NCBI GenBank assembly: GCA_037445915.1
Contig: JBBIJQ010000058.1
Coordinates: 1 to 11,881 of the forward strand
DNA: 11,881 nucleotides
Direction of reading: 5' to 3'
DNA from: Planctomycetales bacterium
GTDB taxonomy: Bacteria; 4484-113
This document shows, piece after piece, positions 5,961 to 11,881 of the stretch; within the stretch, counting starts at the first letter, position 1; every line of letters begins with the position of its first letter. The notes under the pieces were generated by a model. The model made no database searches, was not told where the DNA came from, and worked only from the letters and a program-made list of their open reading frames with translations. The position numbers and the translations under genes are program-made.

Positions 5961-8353
5961 TGGCGGGCATCCTTTCGCGAGCTTTCATCAAGCAGCTTCT
6001 TAGCTTGAACGAGAAACTCGTCGGCGAGCTTCACCTGTTCCGGCGAGGGGTTGCGCGGGGAAAAGGCTGCTTGTTCGTAAAGGAGCATGAAGCCCTCCAA
6101 ATCACCTTTGCGCTCCTGGAAGAAAACAGCGAGCTTACGGCGGAACTCCTGGCTCGTGTCGGATGGATCGCGCCCCAACGATGAGACGCCAAGGAGTTTG
6201 GACAGCTCCAGATAATCGGCGATTATCCTGTTTTGCGGGTAAAGCGGGATGGCTCGCGGCTTGCGCTTCTTCGCCATCATCCCCAATAAAACTACTAGGG
6301 CGGCGAAAAGCAAAATTGAAGGGAGAACAAACCAGCTTGTTAGGAGAAGCGGCTTAAGGACATTGTAAAGGCCAACGAAGAAGCTCATGATCGTCTGCTT
6401 TGCGCCGGCAGGATCAACAATAAATAGGTTTTCCAGGAAGCTTGTCGCGCCGTGAACCGCTTCAACAACTGTGTTGACGCTGAAGACATCGGAGCTGCTC
6501 TGTGTCGGGTCAAAGGCGATCCAGCCCAGCCCGTCAAAGTAAACCTCCACCCACGCATGGGCGTTGCGGTCGCGGTAAACGTACTTATTGCCGATGATGG
6601 AATAACCGCCTGGGGCATAGCCGGTTACGATGCGAGCGGGGATATTGTTAGCGCGGCAGAGCACCGCCATTGCTGAAGCGAACTGCTGGCAGTAGCCTTT
6701 CTTCGCCCGGTTGATGAAAGCGTCGGTTGCCTCTTCATCCTTTGCCAACGGAATGATGTCTGTGTTGTAGGCGAACTCATCCGGGTTCATCAGGTAGTCG
6801 TAGATGCGCTGCACCTTGTCTTTCTGCGTTGCTGCGCCTTCCACAAGCGCTTGCGCTTTGGTGATGACGCTGTAAGGCACAGGCACGACTTCGTGCCCGA
6901 TGATGCGCATCATTTCCGCGCGGTTAGCCTCAATCGGAAGTTGTGTGTATCGCTTGACGATTTCAGCGGGCGGGTCGGAAGCCACCTGCGACATTTGCTT
7001 GCGGCGCACACTAGGCGCGAGCACAGTCAGCTTGTAGCTGTATTTGGTGGGATGGCGTGGCAGCGCAGACTTAACAATGGTGAAATCGTTTACCTTCGGC
7101 GAAGGGTCGTATGCCTGCTGTTCTATCGTACGGACGACGGAGATGTCCTCAATCTTCACCGGCTGGTATGAGCTGAAAAATATCGGAGGATGGTCTTTTG
7201 CGAAGATGACTTCCTGCGTAATGATGTCGTAGCGCAGCGAAGGGTCTTCATTATTAGAATAGGTATTGCCGTCAATTACTTTGATTCCGCGCTCTTTGAG
7301 CTGGCTTTCCGCATAGGCACGGGAGGGAAAGTCAATCGCGGGCACCTCGTAGAACTGCGCGAATGCAAAGTAAGCCGACCTGCCTCTCGCCGGCTTTTCG
7401 GTAAGTGCAACCTGCGGCAGCGGCTCCCAGCTTTGCCCAGTATAGAAGTCAAACACCGCCCCGCGAAGATAGCCGTTGGAACTGCTCCGCACTTCCAGCG
7501 CCACTGCGTTGCTGAAGTAAAGCGAGCTGGGGCCGAAAACTGAGCGGTTGTTAGCCAAATCAAACGAGTCAGAGAAGCCGGAAATCGAGAGTTCGCCCGC
7601 CCCCAGCGAAACGTCGCCCTCCTTGTTCTTGAGCGCTAAGCCCTCAACTGTTTCGTCCAGCGCGCTCACTTGCGGCAGGAAGAACGCTTGTCGGTTGATG
7701 TTCGTGTAGTGCGGGACGAAAATGTAAACGACGACTGAGATGGTGATAATGACAGCTACGACGCGCACAATCAGCCCGCCGACGGCGTACATAAACTGAG
7801 CGGCCTGGTTAGGGCTCAACGCCTCGTCGCACCCAATGTACGCTACGCGCTTTTGGAGGTCTATCGCGTTTGCGAAGTAGAGGCCGGTGGAGGCGAAGAT
7901 AAAGAACAGCGGGATGTAAACGACCATCAGCAAGTCAAAGCTTGTGGCTGCGGAGAAAATGACAAAGACGACGCCCATCAGCAGTATCTGGAGCTGCATC
8001 CGGTACTCAAACGAAATGAACGAAAGCAGCACCATCATTATCCCGGCAAGCATCCCCAGGTAGTTTCCGATGGAGGAGTAGTCCTGAACCATTTTATAGA
8101 CGTATAAGCTTACGAACAGCAGCCCGCCGATATCAACAGAAATTCTCGCTAATGCATATAGGCGCTGTTCTAAAAAGTAGCCGAAAATGAAGCCTGCGGT
8201 GGTCACCGCCATCAGCGTCACTTTCAGCATTGGCTGGTCAAGGCCGAGGTCTAAAATTTGCAGCGAAGTAAGGCTGGCGAGGCAAACGGTCAGGAACAAA
8301 ATAAAGCGTTCCTTCCTCGAACGGTGCTCTGCTGCAAGCTTCAGGACGTCCAT
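5957..8353 (-). CDS. Membrane-anchored transglutaminase-like protein (TgpA-type: N-terminal multi-TM region, transglutaminase core, C-terminal TM and DUF4129-like tail)
   Basis: 798 aa. About 7-8 N-terminal hydrophobic segments, YLRGAVFDFYTGQSW motif and an intact triad: Cys555 (GYCQQFASAM), His599 (HAWVEVY), Asp615 (GWIAFDPT). AGGTG RBS-like motif upstream, overlapping the DUF58 stop. Confidence 0.92.
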   Translation of the reverse strand: MDVLKLAAEHRSRKERFILFLTVCLASLTSLQILDLGLDQPMLKVTLMAVTTAGFIFGYFLEQRLYALARISVDIGGLLFVSLYVYKMVQDYSSIGNYLGMLAGIMMVLLSFISFEYRMQLQILLMGVVFVIFSAATSFDLLMVVYIPLFFIFASTGLYFANAIDLQKRVAYIGCDEALSPNQAAQFMYAVGGLIVRVVAVIITISVVVYIFVPHYTNINRQAFFLPQVSALDETVEGLALKNKEGDVSLGAGELSISGFSDSFDLANNRSVFGPSSLYFSNAVALEVRSSSNGYLRGAVFDFYTGQSWEPLPQVALTEKPARGRSAYFAFAQFYEVPAIDFPSRAYAESQLKERGIKVIDGNTYSNNEDPSLRYDIITQEVIFAKDHPPIFFSSYQPVKIEDISVVRTIEQQAYDPSPKVNDFTIVKSALPRHPTKYSYKLTVLAPSVRRKQMSQVASDPPAEIVKRYTQLPIEANRAEMMRIIGHEVVPVPYSVITKAQALVEGAATQKDKVQRIYDYLMNPDEFAYNTDIIPLAKDEEATDAFINRAKKGYCQQFASAMAVLCRANNIPARIVTGYAPGGYSIIGNKYVYRDRNAHAWVEVYFDGLGWIAFDPTQSSSDVFSVNTVVEAVHGATSFLENLFIVDPAGAKQTIMSFFVGLYNVLKPLLLTSWFVLPSILLFAALVVLLGMMAKKRKPRAIPLYPQNRIIADYLELSKLLGVSSLGRDPSDTSQEFRRKLAVFFQERKGDLEGFMLLYEQAAFSPRNPSPEQVKLADEFLVQAKKLLDESSRKDARQ

Positions 8354-8357
8354 AGTG

Positions 8358-9599
8358 TCACCTAATAAACCTTACCTTCTCTACGAATGTATCTAGCTGT
8401 TTCACCAGGTCATCGCCATACGCTAGCTCAAAGATGAGGAAGTTCTGGCCGAAGCTGACGCGCGACCGGGGGGTCTTGGAGGATGCACCCTTGCGGAAGC
8501 TCTCCAAGTCAAAGGTAATCACCGAGAGCAGCCGATAGTTCAGCCGCAGGTTCGCCAGGAAGCGCGACTCGGTCCCCGTAAGGTGCGGGATGAAGACGAT
8601 GAGGTCGGAGCCCGCAGGGAGAGAGCCCAAGATGTCGGACGAATAATTAGTGAGATCAAGTTTCTCGCCGGAACTTATTTCCGCAAGCTGGAGCGATATG
8701 CTCTGGAAAAAATCCGAGCCCATGCCGGAAGAGCGCGACTCGTTGCGCCCGTTCAGCTCCAGGAACGAGAAATAGTAGTGCGAGCGACTCGTCTCCCTCG
8801 CCAACGTTGACACGAGCGTAATGGAATACTCCAGCGGATTATGCTCAGCTTCGCGCCCGATAGCGCTGCGGTCGTCGTTCACCAGCAGCACGCATAGCGT
8901 TGAAGCGACGTTGCGCTCAAACTGTTTGGTTATCAGCTTTCCCAGCCGCGCCGTGCTCGCCCAATGAACCTTGCGAAGCTGGTCGCCGGACTGGTATTCG
9001 CGCACGCCGAGGAATTCGGTAGAGCTGCCGGGAATGCCGACGGTTGAGAGCTCGTCTTTTGCAACCTGCGATGTGCTGCGCAGGTAACTCACTTGCGTCT
9101 CCAGCGGGGTAGGCAGCACAACCAAGTCGGTAAAGACATCCACTTTGCGGATGTTGCGGTAAAAGCCGAAGGGGTCGCCGGAGTAAAAGTAAAACGGGCC
9201 GATAGTATAACGCCCACGCTTTGATGGAACAGCTTCATATTCAACCGCCACGCTTGAGCGCGCGGCAAGGCTCAACAGCGCCACTTCGCGCAAGTGGTCG
9301 CCCTTCTTCGCGGGTGTGAACTGGTCGTATCCCACCAGCGCGAACCGGTGAGTGCGGAAACGGTTGCTTATTGTCAGCAACACGCGCAAGGGGTAGCCGC
9401 GCAGGCAGGTCTGCGAGTGGCTGCGCTCTACTGTGAGGCCGCGCGTGCTAAAGAGTGCCCACAAGAACAGCCCGATGTTAGCAGTTGCAAAGAGGACGGC
9501 TGTGTAAACGAGGAGGTGGTTCTTGAACAGCGCGACTAAAATGAAGGTGAAAACCGTGAGGGCCAGGGATACGCGCGAAAGTTGTGTTAGCCTATACAT
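8358..9599 (-). CDS. DUF58-containing, vWA-related membrane-anchored MoxR partner
   Basis: Core motif EFLGVREYQSGDQLRKVHWASTARLGKLITKQFE, preceded by RGRYTIGP..SGDPFG..LVVLP and two N-terminal TM helices. ATG 9599 (MYRLTQ, 413 aa) is preferred over the track's 9686 start, which would overlap moxR by 68 nt. Confidence 0.9.
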   Translation of the reverse strand: MYRLTQLSRVSLALTVFTFILVALFKNHLLVYTAVLFATANIGLFLWALFSTRGLTVERSHSQTCLRGYPLRVLLTISNRFRTHRFALVGYDQFTPAKKGDHLREVALLSLAARSSVAVEYEAVPSKRGRYTIGPFYFYSGDPFGFYRNIRKVDVFTDLVVLPTPLETQVSYLRSTSQVAKDELSTVGIPGSSTEFLGVREYQSGDQLRKVHWASTARLGKLITKQFERNVASTLCVLLVNDDRSAIGREAEHNPLEYSITLVSTLARETSRSHYYFSFLELNGRNESRSSGMGSDFFQSISLQLAEISSGEKLDLTNYSSDILGSLPAGSDLIVFIPHLTGTESRFLANLRLNYRLLSVITFDLESFRKGASSKTPRSRVSFGQNFLIFELAYGDDLVKQLDTFVEKVRFIR

Positions 9600-9618
9600 G
9601 GCCCAGCCAGAACGAGCC

Positions 9619-10620
9619 TCATTGGACCGGAACCGGCAACTTCTTGAGAATGCCTTCCACGACTGCGCCGGGCTTGACACCCGCAAGCTGGGCTGAAGGA
9701 AGCATTATCAGCCGGTGCGAAAAGACTCCAAGAGCCATCGTTTTCACATCGTCGGGAGTCGCATAATCGCGCCCGTCTATCAGCGCCCATGCCTGCGCCG
9801 CGCGCATGAGCCCCAAGCTTCCGCGGATTGAAGCGCCCACGAGGATATCGGGGTGGCTTCGCGTCTCTACGCTAAGGCGCACTATGTAGTCGCGCAGCGA
9901 AGGCTTCAGGAAAACCCGGCGGCTGAACTGCTGGAATTCGCCCAGCTCGTCAAGCGATGTCACCGGAGCGATTTCCTGGATGGGGTGCATCTCGCGCTGC
10001 GCCTCTAAAGCATCCGCTTCCTCCGCAGCCCCCGGATAGCCAATGGAAAGCCGCAGCAGGAAACGGTCAAGTTGCGCTTCGGGAAGGTCGTAGGTGCCCT
10101 GGTGCTCAATGGGGTTTTGCGTCGCCACCACGAAGAAAGGCTTGGGCAGCGGGTGCGTCACGCCGTCCACCGTCACCTGGCGCTCTTCCATCGCCTCCAG
10201 CAGCGCGGACTGCGTGCGCGGGCTGGTGCGGTTGATTTCATCGGCGAGGAGGATATTGGTGAACACCGGCCCGGGGTTGAACGAAAACTCGCCAGTCTTC
10301 TGGCTGTAAACGGTTGAGCCCGTCACGTCGGCGGGCAGCAGGTCGGGTGTGAACTGGATGCGCGTAAATTTAGCGGCGATTGAACGCGCCAGCGCGCGCG
10401 CCAGCATCGTCTTGCCCACGCCGGGGACGTCCTCCAGCAGCACATGCCCGTCCGCGAGCAGCGCAGCCAGCACCTTGCGGATTACCTCTTCCTTGCCGAA
10501 AACGACGCGGGATATGTTGTCGGTGATGCGCTGGATTTGGCCCGACGCGCGCATCACCTCCTGGGGGTCTAGCGTAGAGCCTTCCGCTACCATTTGATTT
10601 TTCAGCCTAGCATTAGCCAT
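9619..10620 (-). CDS. moxR: MoxR-family AAA+ ATPase (MoxR-proper type)
   Basis: Walker A EDVPGVGKT, RIQFTPDLLPADVTG, Walker B LLADEINRTSPRTQSALLEAM and ATQNPIEHQGTYDLPEAQLDRF. Start is probably ATG 10620 (or 10593), because an extended -10 box lies inside the track's longer ORF starting at 10698. Confidence 0.95.
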   Translation of the reverse strand: MANARLKNQMVAEGSTLDPQEVMRASGQIQRITDNISRVVFGKEEVIRKVLAALLADGHVLLEDVPGVGKTMLARALARSIAAKFTRIQFTPDLLPADVTGSTVYSQKTGEFSFNPGPVFTNILLADEINRTSPRTQSALLEAMEERQVTVDGVTHPLPKPFFVVATQNPIEHQGTYDLPEAQLDRFLLRLSIGYPGAAEEADALEAQREMHPIQEIAPVTSLDELGEFQQFSRRVFLKPSLRDYIVRLSVETRSHPDILVGASIRGSLGLMRAAQAWALIDGRDYATPDDVKTMALGVFSHRLIMLPSAQLAGVKPGAVVEGILKKLPVPVQ

Positions 10621-10639
10621 TGCGCATTCCGCACCCGTT

Positions 10640-10648
10640 ATTATAGCA
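10640..10648 (-). promoter_or_regulatory. Extended -10 promoter element for the moxR operon
   Basis: Minus strand TGCTATAAT is a perfect TGnTATAAT, 19 nt upstream of ATG 10620, at the edge of an AT-rich divergent intergenic region. Confidence 0.65.
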
Positions 10649-10745
10649 AAGCCCAGACCAGCGGTTTCTTTCTTGGGTATAGGCTCAATATAAAGCATAA
10701 GTAAAGTTTTCTATTCGTAACCCATACAACCGCCATTTTGGGCGG

Positions 10746-10751
10746 TATACT
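10746..10751 (+). promoter_or_regulatory. Putative -10 element for the divergent lipoprotein gene
   Basis: TATACT about 30 nt upstream of GTG 10781. No convincing -35 (CATACA at 17-nt spacing). Confidence 0.45.
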
Positions 10752-10757
10752 AAGTTG

Positions 10758-10769
10758 AGACTTAAGTCT
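10758..10769. promoter_or_regulatory. Perfect 12-bp palindrome, candidate operator
   Basis: AGACTTAAGTCT is its own reverse complement and begins 7 nt after the TATACT box, at the predicted +1. Confidence 0.35.
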
Positions 10770-10780
10770 TTGGAAGGAGT

Positions 10781-11881
10781 GTGCGCCAAGCCATTACAGC
10801 ATTTGCGGTCGCCGCTTTGCTTTTCGCGGCAACATGCGGGGGCCATACGCGCAATGCAGCGCGCACTTCCGGCTTAACGCCGGAAGCCACTTCGCCAACC
10901 AAGACGGCATCGATCATTCCCGCAGACGAGCGGCTTGTCGCGCGCGATGCGGGCATTGCGTTGAGTGGCGGGGGATACACGCTTACATGGAAGTATGAGA
11001 ATCCCGGGGATTACGGCCAAGACGGGAAGGCGGGCGTTGAGGATGTAACTCCCATCGCGCAGCACTTCGGCGAAGCCGTGTCGCCGGAAAACGAGTGGAT
11101 AAAGGTTAACGGCACCGGCGTAATTGGAGTATCCGAGATAACTCCCATCGCCATGAACTGGGCGAGCGAAGTCACCGGCTACCGCATTGACGGCGCGGAT
11201 GCTGCCGAAGGGCCGTGGAACGAAATGGCGCAGATAACGCTAGAAAAAGGCGACACAGCGAACGGCAGGCTTGCCTTCTCAGACGAAATCGCGCCTGGAA
11301 ACACATACTACCGCATCGTGACGCTAACACCCGAAGGCGACGCGGCTTTCACCGATAACCTCATCGCGCCAAGTAACGAGCCTGTCATATACGGCGTATC
11401 CCCCATGTCCGGCTACCAGCACGAGGAGTACACTTTCACTGCGACGGCCTCCGGCCAGGAACCTCTGACCTATGCCTGGGATTTCGGCGGCGGCGCTTCG
11501 CCTAACACTTCTTCCGCCATCTCGCCAAACGTCACCCTCTCCGACGCAGGCGACTATTCCGCCACCCTCACAATATCCAACTCCTACGGCCCAACCACTT
11601 TCCCCTTCACGCTTTCGGTGACTGCGCGCGACATGTGGTCTCATACCTGGGGGGGGAGCTTATCCGATGAGGCGGTAGACATTTGCACTGACGGTGAAGG
11701 AAATATATACGTGGTTGGCAAGACACAGAGCTTCAGTGCAGGTGATGAAGATACATTGATCTTGAAGTACGCTTCCGACGGAACGTTGTTGTGGGCAAGA
11801 ACTTGGGGCGGGCAAGGCTATGATTCTGCCGTCGGAATCGCGGTGCTTAGTATCGGAGGAATTGCAGTCGGAGGAAGAACA
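10781..11881 (+). CDS. Modular putative lipoprotein: FN3-like domain with inserted dockerin-like repeat, PKD domain, SBBP-like beta-propeller repeats (partial; runs off the right edge)
   Basis: Not in the ORF track; 367 stop-free codons from GTG 10781, with in-frame TAA at 10763 upstream and GGAAGGAG just before the start. Translation: MRQAITAFAVAALLFAAT-C19-GG...YTLTWKYENPGDYGQDGKAGVEDVTPIAQHFG...VNGTGVIGVSEITPIAMNW.SEVTGY...; PKD YAWDFGGGASP..P.VTLSDAGDYSATLTISNSYG; propeller repeats WSHTWGG..SDEAVDICTDGEGNIYVVG and LILKYASDGTLLWARTWGG. Confidence 0.88.
   Translation, partial: MRQAITAFAVAALLFAATCGGHTRNAARTSGLTPEATSPTKTASIIPADERLVARDAGIALSGGGYTLTWKYENPGDYGQDGKAGVEDVTPIAQHFGEAVSPENEWIKVNGTGVIGVSEITPIAMNWASEVTGYRIDGADAAEGPWNEMAQITLEKGDTANGRLAFSDEIAPGNTYYRIVTLTPEGDAAFTDNLIAPSNEPVIYGVSPMSGYQHEEYTFTATASGQEPLTYAWDFGGGASPNTSSAISPNVTLSDAGDYSATLTISNSYGPTTFPFTLSVTARDMWSHTWGGSLSDEAVDICTDGEGNIYVVGKTQSFSAGDEDTLILKYASDGTLLWARTWGGQGYDSAVGIAVLSIGGIAVGGRT

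Noticed and set aside
9600-9686. N-terminal extension of the DUF58 protein in the ORF track
   Set aside because: It would overlap moxR by 68 nt; ATG 9599 directly precedes the TM segment.
404-10597. The many 60-163 aa ORFs overlapping the long minus-strand genes (e.g. 4962-5453 +, 6851-7171 +, 7190-7543 +, 2568-2891 -)
   Set aside because: All lie antisense to or out of frame within well-supported genes and show no recognisable motifs; expected by chance in GC-rich coding DNA.
10621-10698. N-terminal extension of MoxR (MLYIEPIPKK...) in the ORF track
   Set aside because: It spans a perfect extended -10 element and AT-rich intergenic-type DNA; a downstream start is more plausible.
10762-11644. 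Minus-strand ORFs 10762-10980, 10874-11065 and 11324-11644
   Set aside because: Antisense shadows of the + strand lipoprotein gene starting at 10781.
1-11881. CRISPR array, tRNA/rRNA, transposase/integrase, reverse transcriptase or DGR template repeat
   Set aside because: No regularly spaced or long nucleotide repeats and no such protein motifs were seen; nearly all sequence is explained by the CDSs.

Overview
An 11.9 kb gene-dense bacterial cell-envelope locus, probably from a diderm and possibly uncultured lineage. The minus strand carries a tightly coupled operon: moxR AAA+ ATPase, DUF58 protein, membrane transglutaminase-like (TgpA-type) protein, YdjC/ChbG deacetylase and a 1367-aa modular lipoprotein. 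An mlaE-mlaF ABC transporter follows, apparently with its own promoter and running off the left edge. A divergent + strand gene missing from the ORF track starts at 10781 and runs off the right edge; it encodes a second modular putative lipoprotein. The most notable signal is shared by both lipoproteins: a dockerin-like double EF-hand repeat inserted inside an FN3-like domain, ahead of different Ig/PKD and beta-propeller modules. The large lipoprotein also has a possible cohesin-like N-terminal domain. This suggests a non-cellulolytic, cellulosome-like surface assembly system linked to a MoxR/DUF58/transglutaminase maturation module. All calls come from motifs read by eye; no database searches were run.
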